Source: a virus (Duplodnaviria; Caudoviricetes). Taken from it: a stretch of DNA of 32,646 bases. A program made the translations under genes and the position numbers. The stretch spans positions 1 to 32,646 of the IMG/VR virus record IMGVR_UViG_3300025653_000141, one strand, 5' to 3'. The notes beneath the pieces were generated by a model. That model saw only the letters and a list, made by a program, of their open reading frames with translations, was not told the DNA's origin and ran no database searches. Position 1 is the stretch's first letter; every line of letters begins with the position of its first letter. Below, piece after piece: positions 19,301 through 27,700 of the stretch.

Positions 19301-20104
19301 TCTGCTGCAGGAACTATTTCATCATTTGATATTGTTAATGCTGGTTTTGGATACACATCTTTGGTACAAATTAAAGTTTCAAATCCATTTATAGGAGTTG
19401 GTACTAATAGAAGTTGGTATACTGCTGGTATTAGTACAGTAACTAGCGATGTTGGTATTGGTACAACAGCAACTGCATCTCTAACAATAGTTAATGGTTC
19501 TATAGAAAGTGTTAGTGTTGTTAATCCAGGTTCTGGATATACAAATACAAATCCACCACAAGTTGTAATAGAGTCTCCAGAATTTGAGAAGGAAATACTT
19601 TCTCAAGCTAATGTTGTTAATGGTCTTAGTGGATCTATTGTTGGAATTGCAACAACAACTGTGTCTGGAACTGGAATTGCAATAGAATTTACATTATCAG
19701 CAACAAATGACGACTTTACAGATCTGTCTGCAGGAATTCCAATTTATATTTTTGATACTGCTGTTGGAACTGGACTGACTACAATTGACCAAAATGAATC
19801 TGACACTATAGGAATTTCTACAGAATATCTAGATTGTGTTTATAAGATACAGTCTGTAAATACTCTAACTGGAATTATAACTTGCAATATATCCAATCAA
19901 ACTAACATCATTGGAATTGGTACTACTGGAACTAAAGAAAATCCTGTAGGCAAATTCTCATTTGGTAAGATTAGTGGATTTACAAGATCATCAAACCCAG
20001 TATCAATTGCAGTGACATCTTTAACTGTTAGTGGACTATCCACATACCCCACAGTACAAAGAAGAAATTCTGGATTGAGAGACACTGGATCTCTTAGAAA
20101 ATAG
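7376..20104 (+). CDS. gp7: baseplate wedge initiator gp7, giant cyanophage form (4242 aa)
   Basis: N-terminal QIPEFI..FSEFLKQYY and LYRSKGSKESIKILFR, internal DNDYYQNLSYTIKS..VHPIGTKNF. Position between gp6 and gp8. Confidence 0.88.
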   Translation: MIQDSFENKVKVQDIINNQIPEFISSENPKFSEFLKQYYISQEIQGGNTDLVENLIEYIRLDNLNSNTLNDSSTLSASISSTDSTIYVSSTKGFPKNYGLIQIGSEIITYKSKTSSSFVDCIRGFSGVDQYQQEINFSSTNASSHNSGSNVINLSVLFLKEFYTKIKSSILPELDSTSLYSELNVNNFLKSTTSLYRSKGSKESIKILFRGLFGITPQIIDLEAYVIKASNADYLRRREVLLELLSDGNPSNLVGQQLQKTNDPSVFGSISELEIFTRNSRTFYKCLLYIGYDNSHIDYIDEFKVTPSTKVVSAILKTDNSNTISVDSTIGFPQSGSILYGSNEIFYTEKSINQFFGCKTDGYSHINLDIPKTSIIHSNDTYFGYEGGDTSKKVEFRLLGNISDTIIKDTDDKDHILSEDEEILVGKLGKNITNTDNNNLTQIFSNSFQYNTSVRIRLSYFNKNGSTARTQTLLDKSFLKVGDTVEFLERNTEILNSQLTDVEIVAIDGQEITFSSNLSTLSNLKEYDIRRKLDISNSGAVPLAFDNITTNISNVYVEDDYNFYVASNSLPSYSITKDVTKSTASAFKNYVTLQEKYSTIELSNTSSFVDGDKVYYSYTGSSPIDGLKEGEYFVTIENNKDIKLYLSKSGIPANANLYYASSSADLPSGTHTFTLSSQKTSDDKLHPAKLLKKINLNKNYSEGGSDDIGSNTIGILANGVEILSSKSVDKIYYGPLERVKVINPGSGYDVINPPVINIEGTAKIQPVVQGSIDKVFVDPVYFDIEEPVSIKISGGNGKNASLKPVLKYKTRELLFNARALDDGGGLSYDDETITFLSDHNLYEGQKIIYSINELVNEKIGISTYEGPNVKTGYLANNQSFYVDVINSKTVKLYPTIQDYTVGINTVGFSTEGNFGIHKFRTESKRTLDSVSVLNPGDGFTNRKLIVKQSGISTVNDSINFKNHGFLSGEIVTYNYQTSVISGLSTSNQYYVLKIDNDSFRLCNAGVGGTDTSYYDREKYVSIESTGSGYQYFNYPNISVEVSYISGGNPQLSNISCTPVIKGSIIDSYLYEGGSNYGSTVLNVEVSPSVSILQGQEASLSPIISGGKIEKVIVSYGGFNFYSIPDLVVKSSTGIGAVLRAEISDGKITNVVVIDGGYNYTSADTIITTSFDGKNALLNPKVRALTVDNCYKYGTQYSDRRDPSLEFIYKNLNNQLQYVVCGYSDLLKSTFNESSDNHSPIIGWAYDGNPIYGPYGYTDPEKVSQIKQLKSGYTKNISNITNRPSGFELGYFIGDYKFDNSGDLDIYNGRWCKTPEFPEGTYAYFSSVDINPNNEIIGRYPYFIANNYRSKSVEINKNNRLNQSFDFESVSLLRNTFPYGTYDEYSTYDFYPSKDNLLNQQCKITSITKGGIESVEILSSGDGFKVNDEIYFDTDSSNGGYGLETKVSRIKGQSITSIDNSSKVYLNAKIYPNFANNASIVINPSHEIKNNTKVTVSGLTSSFAPLNGDYFAKVKTHYTNLDGSIPTYSAGIVTDIQLLSYPNLVSIGSSLKIKTVSSTTYDQYFTILNYYEGEGIVRCKKTGNSGLSTDRSLVEFLPNSFDIDSKSEAFNLKPNYKRYFNPQHSVGVGTLPGSYFTRSFYVGNNYITKDIPTQSIYIPNHGLKTGQKVLLERPSSGAASLLVGNDPYVTFTLLSSTEEEVYIINKSDDYIGIVTAVGLTTTSNGLYFPNNAFAGSDNFEYTINTLYDEYLCRIDQSVATVSISTYHNLKDNDLINLEVIPSQNIGIGNSDYINLKYISNIDAISVKELSFTPSDVDISQNSISITNHGLVSGDKVYYISTSTPSGISSSVYYVNKINVDTIKLSETFKDSTNKPARTVNISSQGIGTQALSLIQPEIHIIGRNNLVFDLSDSSLEGYNFNIYYDSDFKNEFVSSASTNTVSTFSVIGIGTVGVSTNASLTLKYDQNNPNNFYYTLVDSSLDKINSLVDSNSPSKISYLSSNYSGTYSIFNAQDETFDVYLNEIPEKNYYEQNDCHTLKYTTNSTNAIGAVEKISVTNQGDLYSDLPYYSKTNSANGKNLSVLAKSSKIGKLISKQILNSGFEYSLDPTLNPSLNSSQNCYFKDSYYLKQVKVLDGGKNYPSPPTLLLIDSTTKKEVGGGLITPIMSGSGTGNASISEVNIEVTPQGLSVTPTTVVAVNNSNGIRIDRVTSSTSGIMTCILKTPILGFAEDPFAEGDKVFIENIDILDGTGIGFNSKDHGYSFFDVISYTADSDPGEMVIKIPTLYGNPGIAVTFQIDTFASIIKSDNYPTFKVTQDLGIFIDGEGISIVQTDGSVVETDLVVKKSTKNYLKLFGDFEISKDTKIRGTVSGSIATIYKITNVDGKYDVSGTRLVEYGWKSDSGKLNLDTQFIPDNDYYQNLSYTIKSEKTWEEIKTPVNSIVHPIGTKNFADTQIQGKVSNIVGIGTTSESTLDIIQILSSQSRVDTIKNYDIVRDYDPTSTSSKFVEFANVQLSDFFGSSTNRVLNIDNISPLFSSSDDENLLSKAPIKVLSPDLSYYKLLVQIKSTQTNIDAGINHIQLSEIVTIHDGIDTAYFLEKTVYSNKLVGDAQQSYGAVGIEADEYKNYSVVFYPENPFDYDYEIKVLETTQTPSNITTEDYLNLLSSIILSDTTVFKTTDSSKNILSLDSSIYNCFVTESHVVDRTNNTSKYVELFGIYSGTGTGVVLSEFSYSADNNDLSSMSGIGTFNATIDGSSNLILSFENYTNSELNIKTKSYIFGDSTLGISTYKFKSYLQDDDSVRTVRIDTPSSQTGTSSGIVTVREYDSVLFSSVKTLARVSIGNTVSLHQVVTLHDGNNSFITEAPLVTIGSSIGAFRSSLSNNNLCLEFERNSNYETSDISISQIDYSFYSFLDEINIPLELNISNLVETQSIARYYGLNSPNINRLSFPLLYNKTPIFAKKFNPNNENILNPDTGVFTINDHFFNTGERLIYRPNSTFTGIGYSSMHIQASTDISGVTTTILPSDVFAIRIDNSKFKLASNYSNANLGIGVTFTYFGLGNSHELEMYKKNEKSLITINDLVQYPLAYTGIAHSLSDTDGNVGYADSFFNLSGISSISPIDILKIDDEYVKVLNVGIGTTSGVISYLDGDFNIVEVERGFFGSIATSHTNQTKVDIYRGSYNINGENIYFTSPPRGNIGDLVSRDERNLFYPRATFGGRVFLRKDYSTNQVFDDISNNFDGKTTDFNITRLGVSTIGISTVTQGGNGVVFINGIFQTPLTENIVDYNFNMIQDSNAGVTTLRFSGLRDASDDSLTISESDVNQNQLPRGGIIVSLGSTSGLGYAPLEGARVHFNVDVNGVIQNPVVSAATTGKEIGFSTVSYNNQTGVLSVKSTTSDVYKIKEVDSNQVKLVGLAFTCNSNPGVTSYFPSHNDPFDIIGIGTDSFTLNVGISTLEHYYVGFGTAYVWLDNLTFGSGYKNPLSYAIRDAAGDYVHKFVSADEDAVYNGSDTYEPVFAEYNPKTGSLLLSIEDHGLTDSDTVQIKTGSIIFTCSSDGDEVQIAYPRATDPVAGIATDITAYTTNSITVNVGSMIGSGANLDITVGAGGTLAFNVTDGGSGYVRPVLDLEPPTYENLEVIGVSRLSVGLTTQTGIGMLVNVEVGPAAGVSTDGTVGIGSTLFEVSSFDVIRSGYSFRRGDVLTVVGLVTASGLSEPVNEFRLFVLDTYSDNFSSWQFGELDLIDSIKPYQNGSRQQYPLYYNGDLISFQKNTDNVESESIDFNSLLVIFVNGILQEPGVAYEFNGGTSFRFLTAPKVEDDVQVYFYVGTYGEDSSLVLVNESIKPGDQLQIKSDNELLSETTTQDIRLVYDIVSTDVVETNTYFGQGIDSQNLRPVDWIKQKEDLVINEIFYSKSRDSLEPQIYPTAKVIGDFSSTDGTIYLDNAEFFDYEGTASIDKLDLIVVPYQESNIIGIITAIVSAAGTISSFDIVNAGFGYTSLVQIKVSNPFIGVGTNRSWYTAGISTVTSDVGIGTTATASLTIVNGSIESVSVVNPGSGYTNTNPPQVVIESPEFEKEILSQANVVNGLSGSIVGIATTTVSGTGIAIEFTLSATNDDFTDLSAGIPIYIFDTAVGTGLTTIDQNESDTIGISTEYLDCVYKIQSVNTLTGIITCNISNQTNIIGIGTTGTKENPVGKFSFGKISGFTRSSNPVSIAVTSLTVSGLSTYPTVQRRNSGLRDTGSLRK

Positions 20105-20105
20105 T

Positions 20106-20113
20106 TATAAATA
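20106..20113 (+). promoter_or_regulatory. T4-type late promoter
   Basis: Perfect TATAAATA in the gp7-gp8 gap. Confidence 0.85.
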
Positions 20114-20132
20114 GTAGAAAAAATGGTTTAAA

Positions 20133-21713
20133 ATGTCTGCTTTTGTTACGGATCAATTTAGAATTTTAAATACAAATAATTTTATTGATTCTATTACAGA
20201 TGAAACTGATTATTATTATGTATTTGTTGGATTAAGTAATCCTTCTTATGCTGGATTTGGAAGAAATGAAAATTGGGATGGTGCTGAAGGTGTATCAGCT
20301 TCCGATGCAGTTCTTCCAAATCCAACGGATAATTTAGATTATCTTACTCATTATGGTGATACTTTACAATATGGTAAGAGAGTAATACCTCAAAATGTAA
20401 GAAGATGTATTAGAAAAATTGAATGGAAGCAAGGTACAAAATATGATATGTACCGACATGATTATAGTGCAAATAATAGAAGTGCAGTTACAAATAGATC
20501 AAGACTTTATGATACAAATTATTATGTAATTAATAGTTTGTATCAGGTTTATGTTTGTATAAGTAATGGATCTACAGGATCTAATCCTACGGGTAATGAA
20601 TCCCAAGATGAACCACTATTTACAGATTTAGAACCATCAAAACCAGCTGGTACTAGTAATGATGGATATATTTGGAAATATCTATTTACAGTTCCACCTA
20701 CAGATATTGTAAAATTTGATTCTGTTGAGTTTATTCCTTTACCTAATGACTGGAGTACATCAACAACTACACAAATTGAAAACATTAGAAATAATGGAAA
20801 TTCGGATTTAAATAATAATCAAATCAAATTTGTATATATTGCAAATTTGGGTAGTGGTGGATATCAATCTGGAGAAGTTGATATCTTAGGTGATGGTTCT
20901 GGGGCTAGAGTTTTTATTGATGTCAATAATAATGGACAGATAACAAAAACAACAGTAACTTCAGGTGGATCTGGATATACTTATGGGATTGTTGATCTAG
21001 GACCTCTCCAGCAAACACAGAATTTTGTTCAACCAGCAAAATTAATACCAATAATTCCACCGTCAAAGGGACATGGATACGATTTGTATAGAGAACTTGG
21101 TTCTGATAAAGTACTAGTCTATAGTAGATTTGATTCTTCTACAAAAGATTTTCCTGTAGATTGTAAATTTGCCCAAATTGGAATTTTAAAAAATCCCCTT
21201 AATTTTGTTTCGGATAATGCATACACAAGTTCAACATTTTCTGGACTATATTCATTAAAAGTAACTATTGACGGTACTAACCTTCCCAGAGTGGGAGAAA
21301 TAATCACACAACCAGTTACTGGTGGAAATGCTTCTGGATACGTTGCATCGTATGATAATGAGACTGGTGTTTTAAAATACTTTAAGGATAGATCTTTATA
21401 TTATAATGCATCTACTTATGATCAAACTGATTATGTTGGAATATCAACTGATTCGAAAAATTTAGATTTTTCTGGAACTGGTGTGGTCAGTGGAAAAGAA
21501 AGTGGATTTACAGCATCCATTGACACCACATTCAGTCAATCCACATTAACTGTAAATAATAAATTAATTAATTTGGATTGTAGTTTTACATCTGGGGTAT
21601 CAAAACCTGAAATAAATAAAACATCTGGAGATATTATTTTTATTGATAACAGACCTTTAGTAACAAGAAACTCTAGACAAAAAGAAGATATTAAAATCAT
21701 TCTAGAATTTTAA
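20133..21713 (+). CDS. gp8: baseplate wedge subunit gp8
   Basis: MSAFVTDQFRILN, YDMYRHDY, VYVCISNG, DGYIWKYLFT, and C-terminal SGDIIFIDNR..RQKEDIKIILEF. Confidence 0.95.
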   Translation: MSAFVTDQFRILNTNNFIDSITDETDYYYVFVGLSNPSYAGFGRNENWDGAEGVSASDAVLPNPTDNLDYLTHYGDTLQYGKRVIPQNVRRCIRKIEWKQGTKYDMYRHDYSANNRSAVTNRSRLYDTNYYVINSLYQVYVCISNGSTGSNPTGNESQDEPLFTDLEPSKPAGTSNDGYIWKYLFTVPPTDIVKFDSVEFIPLPNDWSTSTTTQIENIRNNGNSDLNNNQIKFVYIANLGSGGYQSGEVDILGDGSGARVFIDVNNNGQITKTTVTSGGSGYTYGIVDLGPLQQTQNFVQPAKLIPIIPPSKGHGYDLYRELGSDKVLVYSRFDSSTKDFPVDCKFAQIGILKNPLNFVSDNAYTSSTFSGLYSLKVTIDGTNLPRVGEIITQPVTGGNASGYVASYDNETGVLKYFKDRSLYYNASTYDQTDYVGISTDSKNLDFSGTGVVSGKESGFTASIDTTFSQSTLTVNNKLINLDCSFTSGVSKPEINKTSGDIIFIDNRPLVTRNSRQKEDIKIILEF

Positions 21714-21716
21714 ACA

Positions 21717-24700
21717 ATGGCACAAAAAACAAATTTCAACATCAATCCATATTTTGATGATTTTAGTGTTGATAAAAATTATTACAAGGTTCTTTTTACG
21801 CCAGGAAGACCTATACAGTCTAGAGAATTAAATACGATTCAATCTATTTTACAAAATCAGATTGAATCTTTTGGAAGTCATATATTTAAAGAAGGATCTA
21901 TGGTGATTCCTGGTGGAATTCACTACGATCCAGATTACCACGCTGTAAAATTAAATCCCACTTCCTTTGGTATAGATATAAGTTTATATATTGAAAAATA
22001 TTTAGAAAAGAAAATAACAGGACAATCTTCTGGTTTAACTGCAACTGTTAAAAAGGTAGTCCTTCCTAATGATGATGTTGAAGATATTACCTTATATGTA
22101 AAATACTTAGAATCTGGCAATAATTTTGAGTTCTCAACATTTTTAGATGGTGAGACATTATTATCAACAGAATCTATAACCTATGGTGTAAACAATACTA
22201 TAATCTCTGCAGATTCTCCATTTGCATCATTAATATCAGATAATGCAACTGCAGTAGGATCTTCTGCATCTATAGAAAATGGGATATATTTCATAAGAGG
22301 ATCTTTTGTATCTGTAGAGAAACATTCTATAGTACTAGATTACTATACAAATCAATCTTCATATAGGGTTGGATTAAATGTATCTGAGCAAATAATAACC
22401 GCGAAAGATGATTCAACTTTATATGATAATGCTAATGGATTTAACAATTTTTCAGCTCCAGGAGCAGATAGATTTAAAATAAAATTAGAGTTAAGTAAGA
22501 AACCATTAACCAATTTTAATGATACAAATTTTGTTGAACTTTTAAGAGTTGAAAATGGCATTCTAAAAAAATTAGAGTCCAATACAAATTATAATCTAAT
22601 TAAAGATTATCTAGCACAAAGAACTTATGATGAATCTGGAAATTATACCACAACTCCATTCCAAGTTTCATTAAATACATCTTTAAATAATTTAATTGGA
22701 AATAATGGAAAATATTATAGTGGTGATTTAACTTCAGAAGGAAATACACCTTCTGATGATTTAATGTGTGTTACTGTAAGTCCAGGAAAAGCATATGTTA
22801 AAGGATATGATGTTGAAAAAACTATAAGTACTGTTATTGATGTAGATAAACCAAGAGATACACTTAAAATTAATGATGTCTTAGTCCCATTCGATATGGG
22901 AAATATCATTAGGGTTAATAATGTTTATGGATCACCTGTTTTAAAATCCTCAGTAACATTTTACAATGAAAGAAGAGGTGCATCTAGTTCACCATCTGGT
23001 GAACCAATTGGTAATGCAAGAGTATATCTTTTCAAAGTAACTGATGCTCCTTATGAGACAAATAAAACAAATTGGGACCTATATCTGTATGACATTAAGT
23101 TATATACAGAATTGATATTGGGAACTACACTATCATCATCGCAAATAAAAACATCATCTAGAATTGTTGGACAATCTAGTGGTGCAATTGGATATGCAAT
23201 TAGTGATGGTAATGGTACAAATAGAGTACTAGTGAGGCAAGAGTCTGGTACATTTATTAGAAATGAAAATATAATTATTGATGGAAATGATGCTATTGGT
23301 AGAAATATCTCATCACTAAGAAAATTCACATCAAAGGATATTAAGTCTGTATATGATGGATCTGGTTCTACTGTCTTTTTAGCAGATTCTGTATTAGAAG
23401 CAGAACTTGTGCCAGGATTTAATTCATTAGATACTGTCACCATTAATTCATCCACTCTTACATCATCAAAACCATTATCTGGAATAACAACAAATACACT
23501 TATTTCATATAAAAAACCGGGTGATTCTTTAGAAACTTATAATTTTGTAACTGCTGTTAATCCAAATACTTTAACATTAACAACTACTACTGCTATAACA
23601 GATGTAAACAATGGTACTTTATCTGGTAGTGAAATAGATGTTAGATTCAGAATTTTAAAATCATCTATAAAAAATCCAGAAAAATCTTATCTATATTCAG
23701 TTTTACCAAATAATAATATTTCAACTGTTGACTTAGATGGTTCAAGATTAAATTTTTCTGCACAAGCAATTTTAAATAGTTTAGTATCTTCAAATACAGT
23801 AACTTTAACCACTACAAACTTCACTCTTCCAGGAAATTCTTCAACGATTAAATTTAATACCTTTGATCCTGAAAGATATTCTATCCATTATACAGATGGT
23901 ACTACTGAAGCATTAACAAAAGATCAAGTTGTTTTTAGTAGTGATTATACATCAGTAACTTTCAATAATATTTCAAATAAGACCATTTATTCCGTCATTG
24001 CGTCGTTTGTTAAGACCGGAATACAGAGTAAAGTTAAAATACATAAAAAGAGTCAAATATTAGACATATCATTATCAAAATATGAAAGATCTGGAATAGA
24101 TGCTAATTCTTCTGCAAATGATGGTCTTACATATAATCGTTTTTATGGTTTAAGGGTACAGGATGAAGAGATATGCTTAAGATATCCAGATGTATCAAAA
24201 ATTATTGCTGTATATGAATCAGTAGGATCTGAGATTACATTTGATAAGTTAGTATTTTCATCAATATACAATGTCCATAATAATGCTATTATTGGTGAAA
24301 ATATTGTAGGTAAAACTTCTGATAGTGTAGCTAGAATAGTTGCAAAAACAACTAATACTATTGAAATAGTATATTTGAATAAAAATAAGTTCCAAGTTGG
24401 TGAAACTGTTAGTTTTGAAAATAGCAATCTTGAAGTTCCTATAGAATCGGCAACATTTGGTTCATATAAAGATATAACATCTGCATTTAAGTTAGATAAA
24501 GGGCAAAAAGATGAGTACTATGATTATTCAAGATTAATAAGAAGTAAGAACCAACCAGAACCATCTAAAAAAATAAAAGTAGTATTTGATTACTACGATG
24601 TATCATCTAGTGATACTGGAGATTTATATAGTGTTGCTAGTTATTTTAGAGATGATTATGGTTTTAGTATTCCTAATGTTGGAAGATACAATGTTAAAGC

Positions 24701-27700
24701 CTCAGATATTTTAGACTTTAGACCTAGAGTATCATATTTTAGTGCTTCCACTTCCTCACCATTTGACTTTTCATCTAGAAATTTTGGATCTTCTCCAAAA
24801 GTAATTATAACACCAGATGAAGCATCTTTAATATCATATGATGTCTATTTACCAAGAATTGATAGACTATATCTAGATGCAAATGGTTCATTCAAGGTAG
24901 AAAGGGGCATTTCATCTTTAAATCCAAGGCAACCTAAAAAATCAACAGATGTTCTTGAAGTGGCATCTATCATATTACCACCATATCTTTATAAAACTTC
25001 GGATGCAATAATCCAAATGGTGGATAATAAGAGATACACCATGAGAGATATTGGTGCAATGGAGGATAGAATTGAAACTTTGGAAGAAGTAACTTCTCTA
25101 TCACTATTAGAACTGAGTGCACAATCTTTCCAAGTCAAAGATTCTGATGGAATAGATAGATTTAAAACAGGATTCTTTGCAGATTCTTTTACCAATGATT
25201 CATTAATAAATCTAGGTTTATCTTTATGCCAAATTGATGAAGAGTCAAATGAAATGACTCCATTGATAAGTAGAAATGCAGTTCCAAATAAAGTACTAAC
25301 TGAAAATGCTATTAGTTCATCAGAATATGATAGTTCTGTTGATTATAAACTATTAGATTCTAGAATTAAAAAAACATCTCAAGTAGCAACATTAGATTAC
25401 AAGAACAGAGACTGGATTGAACAATCACTCGCAACTAGAATTGAAAATGTAAATCCCTTCCATGTTATTCAATATGTTGGTGATATTAGACTAAATCCAT
25501 TCAGAGATACTTGGATTAGAACTGAAAGATTGGCGGATGAAACAATCAGACATTCAATCACATTAAATTTACAAAGTGTAGTAAACACAGAATCAGTAAA
25601 TCTTGCTGTAAATAATAATGGTGTAACTCCAGGAAATGCTGGACTAGGTGAAAATCAATTTAGGGATACTTTCTTAAACCTTAATATGGATACGGGCCCT
25701 GTTCGGACCGAAAGAAGTGTATCTAGTGATAGTCAATTTGCATCATCTACTGAAACTACTTTTGTTGATAGCGTAGAAGATCTCTTTATGAGATCAAGAA
25801 ATACTCAATTCTCTTCATCCAATTTAAAAGCACTTACTAGATATTATCCATTTATAGATGGTCAGGGAAATATAGATGTTACTCCAAAACTATTAGAGGT
25901 TACTAATGACCTTGGATTGACAAGTGATGGTACAGAAGGAGTTTTTGAAATTGGTGAGACCGTTGTTGTTTGGAACAACAATGTTCAAATAATGAGTTTT
26001 AGACTAGCTTCCCCAAATCATAAGTCTGGACCATATAATAATCCAACAACAACTTATGATTTGAATCCTTATAATAAAGATGTTAGTATTCCAAGTGATT
26101 ATAGTCAATCCTCAAGTATTTTAAACATAGACACTTTATCATTATCCGAAGACGCTACTGGTGAACTATATGGTGGTTATTTGGTAAAAGGATGTGTTTT
26201 AATTGGAACTTCAAGCGGTGCATCAGCATATCTTAAGGATATTAGGTTGATAACTGATATTTATGGAGATCTTATAGGAACATTCTTCCTAAGAGATCCA
26301 AATACACAACCACCACCAGTATTAAGAGTTCCAACTGGATTAAAAACATTTAAATTGTCATCAAGTCCAAATAATATTAATGGATTAATTGGCGATACTA
26401 ATATCTCTTCGGCAGAATCAACTTATGTTTCTGAAGGTATTGTAAATAAAAAACGCCAAACAACTAGAATTACTGAAGTTAGTGCAAACCTAACAACCAT
26501 TAATAACATCAGAACAAAAACTCTACATGCAGTTCGTCAAGAGTCAATTTCCACCATTCAAACACCAACACCTGTAATTAACAATATTACAAATGTTACT
26601 CAAATTATACAAAGACAAGCTCATGCCGATCCTTTAGCACAAACATTCTTAGTTGGAACTGCTAGAGGTTTAAATTCATTTAATGATGATGCGAATGGTG
26701 CATTTTTAACTGCTGTTGATATATTCTTCCAATCGGTAGATTCTGGAAATGCCCCAATCACAGTACAAATCAGAACAACTGAATTTGGAATACCAACATT
26801 AACAATAATTGGAGATCCAGTAACACTGAGACCAACTGATGTAGTTTCTGGAACTACAATACTTAGAGACAATGTATCTACTGATGGATCTGTTGCAACA
26901 AGAGTAACTTTCCCATATCCAATATTCTTACCAGCAGGATTAGAATATGCACTAGTATTAATGGCACCAGAAAGTGCTGAATATACAGTGTTTACTGCAA
27001 GAATGGGTGAAAAAACAATTAATACTCAATCTTTACCAGATGTTGAAACCGTTAGATATACTAGACAATTTGCTATAGGAAGTCTATTCAAATCACAAAA
27101 TGGATCTACTTGGACTCCAGATCAATATGAAGATATGAAGTTTAAATTATATAAAGCAGAATTCACATCTACAGAAGGAATTCTATATCTTGGAAATTCA
27201 GATTTATCAAAGTCCAATAGTTATCTTCGCAATCTATCAAATAATGCTATAACAACACTACCAAGAAAATTAAAAGTTGGTATTGATACTATTACAGATT
27301 CTTCTCTATTGAGTGTATTTGCAGCGGGTAGAAAAATTGGTGATGCATCAAAAACATATGTTTCTGGAATTATTGAAAAAGTTGGAAGTAAAGCAACTGC
27401 CGTAGGAATAGACACTGGTGGTAGAAATTACACTACAGGATCTTCATCTGCAGTATCTACTTACAATATTACTGGAAATGGTTCTGGATTGATCTTAGAC
27501 GTAACCGCAGCTTCTAATGGAACTATTCAATCTGTATCAGTTAACACTCAAGGAAATGGTTACATTATTGGTGATATTGTCGGAATTGTAACCGCAGATA
27601 TTACTGGATCAGCATCTGTTCCCAGTGGAGAAAATGCAGTATTTACAATCACTAGCAATTCTTCTTCTATTGATACTTTATATCTAACCAATGTGTTAGG

